From Pristiophorus japonicus (Eukaryota): a DNA stretch of 64,000 bases. Position 1 is the stretch's first letter. Every line of letters starts with the position of its first letter. Location of the stretch: the NCBI RefSeq assembly GCF_044704955.1, contig NC_091984.1, positions 146,072,001 to 146,136,000 of the forward strand. The letters are read 5' to 3'. The position numbers were made by a program, and so were the translations under genes. The notes under the pieces were generated by a model that did not search any database, was not told where the DNA came from, and saw nothing but the letters and a program-made list of their open reading frames with translations. Below, piece by piece: positions 1 to 13,370 of the stretch.

Positions 1-1160
1 GACTTTCTCAGCATGCCACACATCGCTGCATTAGACAGGTCACTGAAGCCCTGTACGCACGCAGGAGGGACTTGATCAGCTTCCCTATGACCAGGGAGGC
101 ATAGAGTGAGAGGGTTCAAGGTTTCTCCAGAATTGCAAACTTCTCCAAGATGCAGGGAGCAATAGACTGTACGCACATCGCGATGTGGGCACCTTTTCAG
201 GATGCCGCAAGGGATTCCACTCCCTGAATGTCCAGCTGGTTGTCGACCACCAGCAAATTATACTGGCAGTGAATGCTCAATTTCCGGGCAGCATCCATGC
301 TGCACACATCCTGCGTGAGAGCATTGTATCTGACTTGTTTAACATTGAGCCACAAGGTCAATGCTGGAAACTTGGGGCCAAAGGATATGGCCTTGCCACC
401 TGGCTGATGATCCCCTGTGTGACACCCACACTGAGGCCAAGAGGTGATACAACGAGAGCCACAGAGCAACTCGCAATATTGTGGAGAAAACCATTGGCGT
501 GCTGAAGCAGCGCTTTAGATTTTTTAATTTATTTTTTAAAATTTATTCGTTGCCAATCTTTCCAATTCTTTGTCAAATCACAAACGCCAGATGTCACCTT
601 GCACACATCAAGGATCACTCTGCGCCAATGCTCTTAGCCAAAAGGCCTAGAGCCACTGCACCATTCCTGGAAGTACTGCAATACCAGGTTCGTGCCATGG
701 AGGTGGATGGGTCAAGCCACCCCACCCACCTCCTATTTCCAAAAAGCATAGGAGAACCACCTTCCTGATCCAGGGAGAACCACGTTGTGGTCATGGTTAC
801 TCCCCTGTCAGGTCAGTTACGCATGATCTTAGACAAAAGGCCGAGAAGCAATGCCTGGACCACTCAGGTGGTGAGCTCCAATACCACCCTGAGCAGGTAG
901 CTCAATTCGTGGTGATGTGCTCCATGCTGCACAACTTGGCTATCAGGAGGGGACAAGAATTGTCTGATGAGCTTGACAGTCCACCTCACCAGAGAGAGGA
1001 AGAGGAGGACGAGGAGGCGGACGCCGACATCGGGTCAGACAATCAGGCTGACGCTGAAGCCACGCCCCCACCCTTCTGTAGATCACATGAAAGGGCCCAT
1101 GGTGGCATGATAGCTGCAAGCGCCTTACGCCAGGAGCTCATCAATGATCGCTTTGCCTGA
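1..1160 (+). pseudogene. PIF/Harbinger transposase (HARBI1-like DDE nuclease), frameshifted and interrupted
   Basis: Translations across frames give QGAIDCTHIA, RKGFHSLNVQLVVDHQQIILAVNAQFPGSIH, EKTIGVLKQRFR|CLDHSGG, MCSMLHNLAI and an acidic C-terminal tract, all typical of Harbinger transposases. Interrupted by the 521-852 insertion. Confidence 0.9.
521..852 (-). mobile_element. U2 snRNA-derived SINE-like retroposon
   Basis: The minus strand starts ATTGCTTCTCGGCCTTTTGTCTAAGATCA (U2 nt 1-29), then has Sm-like TTTTTGG, the U2 3' end ACCTGGTATTGCAGTACTTCCAGGAATGGTGCA, a second U2 5'-like copy GGCCTTTTGGCTAAGA, AATAAA and an A-rich tail. Removing it restores the transposase codons RFR-CLDH. Confidence 0.85.
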
Positions 1161-3384
1161 AAGAACGTTGGTGTTATTTCCACAGCTGACACACTGCTGG
1201 GTGTGCAGGTCATAAATTAATCATGGGCATCACCTTGGTGACTGTTAAAGTTTACTTTGATTGAAGTTGAGTGTGATTATATCCTTTGATGTTAACAAAT
1301 CACCAGCGTGTAACGGTACAGCTATCTGAGCCAATGTGCTGCAAGGTTTGGTTCAATAAAAAACATTTAAACCAAACATTAGTCTGAAATCATCAGTATT
1401 TCTGTACAAACCAACCCTTCCCCCCACCCACCCCGCTTCTCCTCCCCAACTCTACCCCTTCCCCTTCCCCCTCTGACTCCAAGCCGCCTGACCGCGGAGG
1501 TTCTCAGGCGATGCTTCATTGGGAGGTGGGTGGTGATGGACAAAGCACTGCTTGGACGGATATGGGAGAAGATGGTCCCAAGGTGGGAACGTGCTTCGAG
1601 CCAGAAGCGAGATGTTGCTCCTGGCTCTCATGTGTGGTTGGCAATGGGGTTGCTTCACCTTGGGGTGTAGTGCGGCGCTCCGGGATCACTGGGAGCCCTC
1701 TGCCACCAGTGTTCCTGGCTACCAGCTCCAGGGCCTCCTCCATCCCTTACATTTTATATGTTATTTGTGGGACTAAAACTCGATGCCAACTATGTTCTTG
1801 GTGCTTAGTGCGCTTTTTGCTGCTGGTGAATCTCCCTCGTGCCTCCCACAACAGCCAGACAAGCACACACCACAGCCACACACGCTTTCAGTGCCTCTGA
1901 GCTCCCTCTCTCTCTGTCTCCTCTTCTGCGTATGTCATGGTTACCCTTGACCTCCAGAATCGAGGGAATGGACCATTCCCATGCTGTTGCTAAGGACGAC
2001 CACACTTTACAACAGAAGGTCAGAAAAATTTTACGCTGCTGCCCATTTGAACTCGTTCGCGATAACGGCCATTTTCAAAGATGTAAACTAAATGTTTTGA
2101 GAATGGGCGAGAAGCCGGCGATCTGAAAATCCTTTTTTACCACACACGCCGGAAATCACGCCGATTTTTGGGTGCTAAGCTCAAAAGTGGAGGTTTTAGC
2201 CCTTGGTGTCTCCAGTGAGCTTGTGTTCCCCACCCTGGTCAATCAAGTTCAGGGCCTCACGTAACAACTCCATTCTTGTTATGCATGGAGTCAGTTTTGG
2301 TCCCTGACCACAGAATGTCATTAATTGTCCAGCTTCATTCCAAAAGCTGGTATTAAATTCCAAAAGCTTGTATTAAGCAATTTTTACTTCATGGTCTCCT
2401 TCTGTGCTTTTCTGAAGGTTGGTAACCTTACACACAACACCTCACCTCTCCCACCCCCAAAACCGCCCCTCGCCCAACCCCAACACCGCCCCCAACTCCC
2501 GCCCCCAACACAACTCCTCTCCATCCCCCAACACCGCCCCTCTCCCACCTCCAACACCCACCTTAAACTGACACACACAGCAGGCAGGACTTATATGGGC
2601 ACATGACCCCCCGCGGGACACATCACCACTGAGGGCTCATGTCCCCTGGCCTCACAATGGAAACCATGGCAACACAGAAACCGCAGGGGTGGACCAATCA
2701 CAGCAAAGTGCTACAGACTGTGCATTTGTGCCAGAGAGAGCAATGAGGAGAGAGCTTCAATCTATTTAAACCTTCGATCCCTGGCTGCCGTCTGAACACT
2801 AAGCCCGAGTTGGCAGTGGTGGTGACTACATTATTCCCGCTGTTATTCTGCCCCCTGCTCATTCATCTCAACCCCTGTGTTAATGTTTCTCTGCTCAATG
2901 GTACTGCTCCCCACGGCAAATCCAAGCAGAGAGATTGCTCAGCTGGGTGTGAAACATGGAGAAGCAGAGATGGGCATGGACTGTGTGGGGGCACTAAAGG
3001 ACCCACTGGCTCCGACCAATAATAAAACAGTCAGTAAGGACACGGTGAAAAGTGGGGGATGGGATCAGATGATGGACCTGGGCAAGTCCGGCAAGGAGGC
3101 TGTCCTGCCGGCCAGAGCAATGGTGAAATACGCTGGCCTCAGCCTGCCTGGCATTGTGGAAGGGCAGGCAGCTCCGATCCTTACCGTCCCAGACTGTCAG
3201 CCAATCACCGTGGCTTCCTCCTGCGGAGAGTTGTTCAAATCTCCACGGGTTTCACAGCTGCAGCTCACAGACACGCTGGTGAGCAGATTGTTGGGGTGTT
3301 TGCTCTACACTTGTCCAGTTGCTGTGTGTCACGGGCCTGGGCAACTTTACAATTGGAGCCCATTACTGTTCTCATAAAGTGACG

Positions 3385-4070
3385 GGCACATTGATTAGTC
3401 TGAGCTTTCGACCACACATCCGCAGCATAACTAAGACCATCTATTTCCATCTCCGTAACATCGCCCGTCACCACCCCTGCCTCAGCTCATCCGCTGTTGA
3501 AACCCTCATCCATGCCTTTGTTACCTCTAGACTCGACTATTCCAAAGCTCTCCTGGCTGGTCTCCCAGATTCTATTCTACGTAAACTAGCGGTGATCCAA
3601 AACCCTGCTGCCCGTGTCCTAACTTGCACCAAGTCCCGCTCACCCATCACCCCTGTGCTCACTGACCTACATTGGCTCCTGGTTAAGTAATGCCTCAATT
3701 TCAAATTTCACATCCTTATTTTTGAATCGCTCCATGACCTCGCCCCTCCCTATCTCTGTAATCTCCTCCAGCCCCACAACCCCCTCGAGATGTCTGAGCT
3801 CCTCTAATTGTGCCCCCCTGATTATAATCGCTTAACCATTGGTGGCCATGCCTTCTGTTGCCTGGGTCCCAAGCTCTGGAACTCCCTCCCTAAACCTCTC
3901 CACCTCTCTACCTCTCTTTCCTCCTTCAAGATGCTCCTTAAACTCTATCTCCCTGCGCTAATTTCTACTTATGCGGCTCAGTTTCAAATTTATATCGCAT
4001 AATACTCCTGTGAAGCACCATGGGATGTTTCACTACGTTAAAGGCGCTATATAAATACAAGTTGTTGTTG
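3385..4070 (+). mobile_element. L2-clade LINE 3' fragment
   Basis: ORF 3319-3690 reads LSFRPHIRSITKTIYFHLRNIAR...LIHAFVTSRLDY...LHWL, typical of the L2 RT C-terminus; ends in a (GTT)n tail. Confidence 0.85.
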
Positions 4071-4358
4071 GGAAAAACAGAACCAGAAGGAGGCGCTGTC
4101 GAGCCTCTGTAAGAACATAATCCAGTTGAGAGCAGACACCATCCAACTGTTTGTAGACAAAACCCACGCAAGGATCCAACCGCTCTGCGATGCCGTGTGA
4201 TAAAGTGTGGGCTGAAGCGCTCAGTGTGCTGGGGAACTTGGCCATGGGGGGAATCGGAGGGTCATGGTGTTGCTGCACCTGGATGGAAACAGTGAGCAGG
4301 TCACCAGGTCCTGTTGTTCAACACTGCACTCGGTATTCCCACGTATTGGATCTGCCGA

Positions 4359-4708
4359 GGCTTCCTCAGTAACTGGGAATGATCCAGGGGAACCCCACAG
4401 GGGCTACATGGACTTCCTCAGTAACTGAGAATGATCCAGGGGAACCCAACAGGGGCTACATGGACTTCCTCAGTAACTGAGAATGATCCAGGGGAACCCC
4501 ACAGGGACTACATGGACTTCCTCAGGAACTGAGAATGATCCAGGGGAACCCAACAGGGGCTACATGGACTTCCTCAGGAACTGAGAATGATCCAGGGGAA
4601 CCCAACAGGGGCTACATGGACTTCCTCAGGAACTGAGAATGATCCAGGGGAACCCAACAGGGGCTACATGGACTTCCTCAGTAACTGAGAATGATCCAGG
4701 GGAACCAA
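4359..4708. repeat. 52-bp minisatellite, ~6.7 copies
   Basis: The unit GACTTCCTCAGTAACTGAGAATGATCCAGGGGAACCCAACAGGGGCTACATG is repeated head to tail. Confidence 0.95.
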
Positions 4709-5065
4709 CAGGAACATACCATTATTGTCCCCGAGGGGGGCAAGAGGAGAGGGAAAGGTGAGGAACATACCACTATTTTCCCCGGGGGCGAGAGGAGAAG
4801 GAGAGGTGAGGAACATACAATTGTTTTCATCGTGGGGGGAGAAGAGGTGAGTACATACCATTATTTTCCCTGGGGGAGGGAGCGAATGGGGAGAGGTGAG
4901 GAACATACCATTATTGTCCCCGGGGGAGGGGGCGGGGGGGCGAGAGGAGAGGGAGAGATGCGGAACATACCATTATTGTCCACAGGGGTGGGGGTGGTGA
5001 AGAGGAGAGAGAGGGAGGGGAGCGTTGAAGAACATACGTTATTGTCCTGGGGGGCGGGGGGGTGA
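4709..5065. repeat. Degenerate purine-rich tandem repeat (GAGGAACATACCATTATTGTCCCC core, ~7 copies)
   Basis: The core recurs every ~45-60 bp, separated by G/GA-rich linkers. Confidence 0.85.
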
Positions 5066-6179
5066 GTGGAGAGGTGAAGAATTGTAGCTCCAGCTTTCTG
5101 GCCATTTCTATCAACAATACTTTAAATCCTTAAATCCAAATCCCCAAGAAAGAACTGTCCTGTTTGGCGAGCTTGTGGGGGTGGCACTGAGGTGCATTCA
5201 TATACAACCGGACATTTCACACTGACAGGCTGGGTGGCAGGGAACCCAGGCCCATTGATGTCATCACCATCTAAAGTGATTCCTGGGAACAATACCCCGA
5301 GAGGTAACTCAGAGACACTGTGCCTTCGCATTATTAAAGCACAGTCACCACTCAGTCCCAACCCAAACTGGTGCAGGACAGGAAATGGCCGGGCCATTGT
5401 CTTCCAGAAGATAAGCCGGTTAAGCAAGATCAGTTTGTGATCGAAACCCATTACCTGCTAATGGGGGCCATCAACTCAGGAAACGACAGACATCCAGTAA
5501 TCAGCACCCATTGTCTCTCCAGATGCAAGGCCTGGGAGCGGGAAAACAAAACACAATTTTTCACAAAGATTTCAAAGGCTACGAGCTGCTCCAGGACACG
5601 GGGAGGTGGGGGGTCCAAACAGATCACCGGAGTCAATCCATCGGTCATTATTGGCGGGAGGAATGGTGATGGGTTTTGGGGATATAAGGAGCCGCTTTGC
5701 AAAAAGCTCCAGCTCAGGAGGAAGAACGCTACGGAAAAAGCTCAGGTAAAAGCCCAGGAAAAAGCTCAGAAAAAACCCAGGAGTGAGACGTTCAGGAAGA
5801 AGCTGCAAGCAAGACATCGGGCAATCAGTGTGAGCATATTGCCTGCGCCTACACATCTGCAAGACCACTTAGCTGTGTGAGGGGGTGATTGTAAGTCCCA
5901 ACCAAACCCAAGGGGTTTAGTGCTGGGGGGGTCCTGTGTTAGTTTATTTCACGGGAGGGTTCTTTTATTAAGCCGTGGTAACTTAGCACGGCAGGGCTTA
6001 TTGGACAAGCCAGGGTTGTACTGTTTTGCACTGTTTATGAGTGTTGTTAATCTTATTAAACATAATACAGTTGAGCCTGAAAAAAATGTGTCCGAGTCTG
6101 ATCTGTCCATATAATCCTATCGTCCAGAACTTGTAGTAGGAGGTGCATTTGTGTTACGCCCGAGAAAACCACCTACAGG

Positions 6180-6560
6180 CACCCCCTCAGTACTGCCTCT
6201 CCGATAGTGCGGTACTCCCTCAAAACTGCCCCTCCGGCAGTGCGGCAGCCCCTCAGTACTGCCAATCTGACAGTGCGGCACTCCCTCAGTACTGTCACTC
6301 TGACAGTGTGGCACTCCCTCAGTATTGCCCCACCAACATTGCGGCACTCCCTCAGTACTGACGCTCCGAAAGTGCGGCACTCCCTCAGTACTGCCCCACC
6401 AACATTGCGGCACTCCCTCAGTACTGACGCTCCAACAGTGCGGCACTCCCTCAGTACTGCCCCCCTGACAGTGCAGCACTCCCTCAGTACTGCCCCTCTG
6501 ACAGTGCAGCACTCCCTCAGTACTGCCCCTCTGACAGTGCAGCACTCCCTCAGGACTGCA
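6180..6560. repeat. 33-bp SINE-derived minisatellite
   Basis: About 11 copies of CACTCCCTCAGTACTGCCCCTCTGACAGTGCAG; the same motif occurs inside the tRNA-SINEs of this window. Confidence 0.9.
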
Positions 6561-7979
6561 CAGTAATGTATGTCTTTATTTTACACTCAGGTCCCTGGAG
6601 TGTGGCTTGAACCCACGATACAACATTGCATCACTGGATGCCGCACAGTCTGACTGTGAGTCATATCCCGACCTCAGTTGGAACAGCTAACTTAGAACAA
6701 ACAACAACAGCAACTTTTATACAGCACCTTTAACACAGTAAAACTCCCCGAGCGCTTCACAGGAGCGTTATAGAATAAAGATTGACAGCGAGCCACGTAA
6801 GGAGACATTGAAAATTGCAGTTCAGTCAAATTGTGAGGGAAATTGTCAGTGCTGCCTTCATACCAAAAGGGGGCGATGTTGGTTCTGAAAAGACCACATT
6901 TTTTGACAATTTGTGTGTCACTCAATTGATTGGTTTGTAAAACCCGTTTGTACCAAACCTCCAGTCAGGTTTGCAGAATCATTTCCAGTTCCCCACGTGT
7001 CATTTGATGGTGGATCTCAGCGTGTATCTACTCGTCCGCTCGTGAGACGGTGTCTCAGACCGATTGGTGGGTCAGCAGCCACTCCGCACTGCAGCGAGCA
7101 TCGGCAGGCCATTCCACTGTGGAAGGCCTCACCGCAGAGCTCTGTACACAGGGTATAACCACACAGAGCCGCTCTGCCGCCAGGTACAGCAGCAACAACC
7201 TGCATTGCTATAGCAACTGGAACATTAGAACAACATCCCAAGGCAGCTGATAGAGGCGTAATCTGGTCAAAGTGGTGCTGAGCCAAAGCGGGAGGGGCTG
7301 GGAGGGTGATCAAAACGCTCAGTCACAGATTGGGTTTGAAGGGAGGTCTTAAAAGAGGAGAGGGGTGGAGTGTCAGAGAGGTTTAGGGAGCAGGGAGTTA
7401 GGACCCAGGCAGCTGAAGGCACGGCCCCAATGGAGGGGGAAGGGAAGGGGGGAATGGATAAGAAGCCTGAGCCAGATACAGCGGCCCCTGAACACAACAA
7501 CAACTTGCATTTATATAGCGAGTGTTGTGACAATGACAGACAGCGAGAATATAACCCTGATAATGTAACACAGTATTTGCAGCACTTGACACTCTGGGGA
7601 AAGCTTGTAATTTTAAATCCATGAGCTGTACCTAAGCGAGAGCAGGACCTGTTTGTGGCCGGTGCGGAGATCACCACTTACAGAAGGTCGTTACTGCAGG
7701 GAATTCAGGGCCACAGTCACCTCCTGGACTAGTTTCCATCGCCTGGTGGCGGGGGCGGGGGTCGGAGAGGAGTTTCCCAGATTTATTTCCCCCAATGGGT
7801 TTTTTCCCTGGTTTTTTGCCTCTCCCAGGAGATCAGGTAGTTTTGGGTGGGGTGGAGAGTCTATACTGTGATACACAAGGTATCACAAATGTGTGGGACG
7901 GGCTGGATTGACCACAGGGTTTTTACCTGTCCGTCACTGTCCGCGGGTTTGTGTTTCAAAGATGTAGAGCTGAATTGGA

Positions 7980-8790
7980 AAGAAAGACTTGCATTTATAT
8001 AGCGCCTTTCACTACCTCAGGACGTCCCAAAGAGCTTTACAGCCAATGAAGTACTTTTGAAGTGTAGTCGCTGTGGTAATGGAGGAGACACGACAGACAG
8101 TGTGTGCACAGCAAGCTCCCACAAGTTACTTTGGGCCCAAATTATAACTTTTCCATGCCGAACTACCGCCCCGGAAACAAAATTGGGGTCACAGCCCCTG
8201 ACAGGAAGTGGAGTGCAATGTGGTGTACAGCATTTCCCCTGGGGGCGGGCTCAGGGGCCAGTGTCAGGCTGCACCATTGCGGCACTGACCCCGTCACATC
8301 GGCATAGAAAGGCCTGACCGGTTAGTTGTCCAAAACAAATGTCGGGGCGCAGAGGCGCGCACTGCCTGTAACTTTCACCCCGTGAGTGAAATGCGGCCCG
8401 GTTCGTGACCCGCAGGCCTGGTGCGGACACGGCTCACGGGGCACTCTCCGTTTCGTGTCTCCCCCCCGCCCCCACTCCATACCCTCGGGGAAAACACAGT
8501 CACAGCCCGTAAGCGCCCTCCGGAGGCACTAATGGCAGGCACACAGCGGGGGAATTTCATCCTCAGTCTGTTTTTGTGATGTTGATTGAGGGATAAATAT
8601 TGACCAGGACACTGGGGAGAACTCCCCTGCTCTTCTTCAAAACATTGGCATGGGATCGTTAACGCCAACCTGAGAGAGCAGATGGGGCCTTGGTTTAACC
8701 TCTCGCCTGAAAGACGGCCCCTCCGACAGTGCGTCACTACCTCTGTTCTGCACTGGGACTGTCAGTGTGGATTTCTGAGAGTCTCTGGAG
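7980..8790 (-). mobile_element. tRNA-derived SINE (DeuSINE/SacSINE-like) split by a GC-rich insertion at ~8130-8563
   Basis: Both halves match the SINE copies at 16490-16960 and 51565-52020. Confidence 0.7.
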
Positions 8791-8849
8791 TGGACCATCT
8801 CTCCAGCCACGCATTCATCTGCTCTATCCTCCTATTCTGGAGTGGACCT

Positions 8850-11800
8850 TCGGACTCAGAGGTGAGTGTGCTGCTCATTGAGCCACAGCTGACTGAGCTG
8901 GAAACTTAAGGCTCATTAATGGCCCATCGACGGTGTTCGCCCTCAGTGGGGTGAACAAATCCAGAAATTATGGCCAGGATGATGTAGGCTAGGCCATTAT
9001 TTGCTTTTTTTTAGTTTTAATATTATTTCTGCTAAGTTAGTTCTCAGTCTATTAAATAGAGGCATGGCAGGGCAGTTCTGTCCCGTGGAATGCACATCCT
9101 GTGCCATGTGGGAAGTCCTGGACGCTTCTCGTGGCCTGGACGACCACATGTGCAGGAAGTGTCACCAGTTACAGCAACTCGAGCTCCGCGTTTCGAAGAT
9201 TGAGCGGCGGCTGGAGTCACTGCGGTGCATCCGCGAGGCTGAGAACTTCGTGGATAGCACGTTTCTAGAGGTGGCCACCACTCAGCTTAAGAGTGTGCAG
9301 GCATGAGAGGGAATGGGTGACCACCAGACAGAAGAGGAGGTCCAGGCAGGTAGTGCAGGAGTCCCCTGAGTCCATCTCACTCTCCAACCAGTATTGTGTT
9401 CTGAGTACTGGTGGGGGCGATGGTGCCTCTAGGAAGTGCAGCCAGAGCCAAGTCCACGGCACCACGGGTGGCTCAGCTGCACAGCGGGGAGGAAGAAGAG
9501 TGGAAGAGCAATAGTGGTAGGGGATTCGATAGTTAGGGGAACAGACAGGCATTTCTGTGGCCGCAGACGTGACTCCAGGATGGTATGTTGCCTGCCTGGT
9601 GCCAAAGTCAAGGATGGCACTGATTGGCTGCAGTACATTCTGAGGGGGGAGGGTGAACAGCCAGAGATTGTGGTCCATATCGATACCAATGACATTGGTA
9701 GAAAGAAGTATGTGGTCCTACAGGCAGAGTTTAGGGAGCTAGATTAAAAAGCAACACAGCAATGGTAGTAATCTCCGGATTACTCCCGGTGCCACGTGCT
9801 AGTGAGTACCGAAATAGGAGGATAGAGCAGATGAATGTGTGGCTGGAGAGATGGTGCAGGATGGAGGGCTTTAGTTTCCTGAGGCATTGGGACCATTTCT
9901 CGGGGAGGTGGGACCTGTCCAAGTCGGACGGGTTACACGTCAACAGAGCCGGGACCAATATCCTCGTGGGGGGGTTTGCTAGTGCTGTTGGGGATGGTTT
10001 AAACTAGCTTGGCAGAGGAATGGGAACCAGAGAATAGATTCAGTGGGGAGAGAAGCAAATCTGGAATTGGAAAGCAGAAAAGTAGTAAGTAAATTTGGAA
10101 GACAGAGGAAACAAAGCCCAGAAAATAGACAGCAAAGATGGTTGGCATTGCTCAATGGTATATACTTCAATGCAAGGAGTATAGTGAATATTGCAGATGA
10201 GCTGAGAGCACAGATAGACAATTGAGAGAACGATATTGGGATGGAAATTCTGACGTGTCCGGGCCCGTACGTAGTTTCTACGGACCCGGGAAGGCATCAG
10301 AAAAGCCGGTTTTCAGCGTGCAATGCACATGCACTGAAAACCTGCTTTTCCGATCTGTCAAGCTGGAGCTGGAGAGATCGTAGCCAGATCATGAGCGAGG
10401 ACATTTGTATGGGCAAGATGGGACTATTTATCCATATCTTGCCCAGCAAATGTCCTCAAAAATCATAGCCTACTTTTACAGGCGTAAGTGCTTTAAAACA
10501 TACAGAAACAATTGTAAAATAAAATTATAGACATATAGTTTATTGTTCAAAAACCTCCCCACTACAGTAAGTTTATTACCATAATTAAAAAAACTTTTTT
10601 AGCAATCGGGAACATATTTTATTTCTATAAGACACAATAACTTTAATTTCAAATAATTTTAAATATCTGTGGTCTGTTTTTTAGTTTTTATTATTTTGTG
10701 TGTTTGGTTTTGTCACCATTGATAGCACTGAGAACTGGTAGATACGTGAGTCTTAGTGCTATTAATGGGAACCTGTGAACTACCTACCTGATTGGCTGAG
10801 CAGCCACACATGACTGCATCTTCTGCGTGGGAACCCTCTGGACTGGATCGTTCTTAAATGCATTCAGAAGAATTTTATCAGTGAGTATGTAACAAGTCCA
10901 AACAAGGGAGGGGACGGATCTGGACTTGGTTTTGGGGAATGAAGAGGGGCAGGTGGAAGGGGTATCAGTGGGAGAGCATTTTGGCGCCAGTGATCATAAT
11001 TCAGTTAGATTTAGTGCAGTTATGGAAAAGGACAAAGATAGACCAGGAATAAAAGTTCTCAATTGGGGAAAAGCCAATTTTGCTGAGCTGAGATGAGATT
11101 TGGCCAAAGCGGACTGGAAACAGCTACTTGATGGTAAATCAGTGTCAGAGCAATGAGAGGCATTCAAGGAAGAAATACTGTGGTTTCAGAGTAAGTCTGT
11201 TCCCTTAAAGAAAAATGGTGGGACTAAAAATCCTCGGGTCCCTGGATGTCAAGGGATATACAGTGTAGGATAAAGTAAAAAAGGGAGGCTTATGACAGAT
11301 ACCGAGGGCTCAATACTGCAGGAACTTTAGAGGAGTATAGAAAGTGCAGGGTGCAATTGAAAAGGAAATTAGGAAAGCAAAGAGAGAGCATGAAAACATT
11401 TTGGCAAGTAAAATCAAGGAAAACCCAAAGATGTTTTATAAATACATTCAGAGCAGGAGGATAATTAAAGAAAGTGTAGAGCCTATTCGATACCATAAAG
11501 GTAATCTGTGTGTGGAGGCGTAAGACGTGGGTATGTTTCTGAATGAATACTTTCTGTCTGTTCTCACAAAAGAGAGAGGCAATGCAGACATTGCAATCAG
11601 GGAGGAGGAGTGTGAAATATTAGATGAAATAAACATCGTGAGAGAGGAAGTATTAAGGGGCTCAGCAGCTTTGAAAGTGGATAAATCCCCTGGCCCTGAT
11701 AAAATGTATCCCAAGCTGTTAAGTGAAGCAAAAGAGAAAATAGCACAGGCTCTGACCAACATTATCCAATCCTCTCTGACTACACGTTTGGTGCCAGAGG

Positions 11801-11960
11801 TCTGGAGGACTGCTAATGTTGTACCTTTGTTTAAAAAGGGAGAAAGGGATAGACCGAGTAATTGCAGGCCAGTCAGCCTAACCTCATGGTGGGAAAGTTA
11901 TTGGAAAAAATTCTGAGAGACAGGATAAATCTTCATTTAGAAAGACATGGATTAATCCAG
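8850..11960. repeat. Outer inverted duplication, left arm (partner ~60880-63950)
   Basis: The unique flank and CR1 junction (GAGCCACAGCTGACTGAGCTG..AATGGCCCATCGACGGTG) are present as a reverse complement at ~63780-63950; ORFs 9001/9436 match ORFs 63288/63049. Confidence 0.85.
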
Positions 11961-13370
11961 GACAGTCAGCATGGATTTGTAAAGGGAAGGTCGTGTCTGA
12001 CTAACTGAATTGAATTCATCAAGGAAGTAATAAGGAGGGTTGATGAGGGCAGTGCGTATGATGTAGTGTAGATAGATTTTTGCAAGACTTTTGGTAAGGT
12101 CCTACATGGCAGACTGGTCATGAAAGTGAAACCCCTTGGGATCCAGGGCAAAGTGGCAAGTTGGATCCAAAATTGGCTCAGAGGCTGGAAGCAAAGTGTA
12201 ATGGTTGGTGATTTAATGACTGGAAGGCTGTTTCCAGTGGGGTTCCGCAGGGCTCAGTACAAGGTCATTGCTTTTTGTGGTATATATCAATGATTTAGAC
12301 TTGAATGTAGGGGGCATGATAAAGAAGTTTGCAGATGATACTAAAATCGGCCGTGTGGCTGATAATGAAGAAGAAAGCTGCAGACTGCAGGAAGATATCA
12401 ATGAAATGGTCAGGTGGGCAGAACAGTGGCAAATAGAATTTAATCCAGAGAAGTGTGAGGTAATGCATTTGGGGAGGGCTACCAAGGCAAGGGAATACAC
12501 ATTAAATTGTAGGATACAGAGTAGTGTAGAAGAACAAAGGGACATATCCACAGATACCTGAAGGCAGCAGGTCAGGTAGATGTGAGGTTATCCACTTTGA
12601 CAGAAAGAATAGAAAAGCAAATTATTTTTTAAATGGAGAATAATTTCAAACTGCTGCAGTACAGAGGGATTTGGGGGTCCTGTGCATGAAACACAAACAT
12701 TTAGAATGTAGCAGGTAATCAGGAAAGCAAATGGAATGTTGGCCGTTATTGCAAGGCGGGTGGAGTATAAAATCAGGGAAGTCCTGCTACAATTGTACAG
12801 GGTATTTGGAGACCTGGAGTACTGTGTGCAGTTTTGTTCTCCAAATTTAAGAAAGCATATCCTTTCATTGAAGGCAGTTCAGAGGAGGCCCACTAGGTTG
12901 ATTCCGGAGCTGAGGGGGTTGACTTATGAAGACTTGTTGAATAGGTTGGGCCTATACTCATTGGAGTTCAGAAAAATGAGAGTTGATCTTCTCGAAACAT
13001 ATAAAATAATGAGAGGGCTTGACAAGGTGGATGCAAAGAGGATATTTCCACTCATAGAGGAAACTAAAACTAGAGGGCATAGTTTCAGAATAAGGGGTCG
13101 CCTATTTAGTACTGAGATGAGGAGGAATTTCTTCTCTCAGAGGGTTGTAAATCTGTGGAATTCTCATGCCGCAGAGAGCTGTGGAGGCTAGGTCATTGAA
13201 TATATTTAAGGCAGAGATAGACAGATTTTTGAACAATTAGTGGATAAAGGGTTATGGTGAGCAGGCAGGGAAGTGGAGCTGAGTCCACGATCAGATCAGC
13301 CAAGATCTCATTGAAAGGTGGAGCAGGCTCGAGGGGCCAAATGGACTCCTGCTCCTATTTCTTATGTTCT
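9040..13370 (+). mobile_element. CR1 LINE composite: ORF1 (zinc finger plus SGNH esterase) and ORF2 fragments
   Basis: ORF1 motifs VECTSCAMWE..HMCRKC, IVVGDSIVRG and VCCLPGA; ORF2 motifs KSPGPD, WRTANVVPLFKKG and KFADDTK. Interrupted at ~10235-10850. Confidence 0.9.

Larger units (their letters stand above)
1..2202. mobile_element. Harbinger DNA transposon, right part (left end outside the window)
   Basis: Transposase followed by convergent degenerate ORF remnants (1450-1750) and an end resembling a terminal repeat (...GGTTTTAGCCC at ~2202). The right boundary is inferred. Confidence 0.55.

Noticed and set aside
521-852. Functional U2 snRNA gene
   Set aside because: The branch-point recognition region GTAGTA and stem II are replaced, there is an extra tail, and it is inserted inside a transposase without snRNA promoter context.
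4359-5065. Repeat arrays that look superficially like CRISPR
   Set aside because: Units are head to tail or separated by low-complexity G/A linkers rather than unique spacers; vertebrate context and no cas genes.
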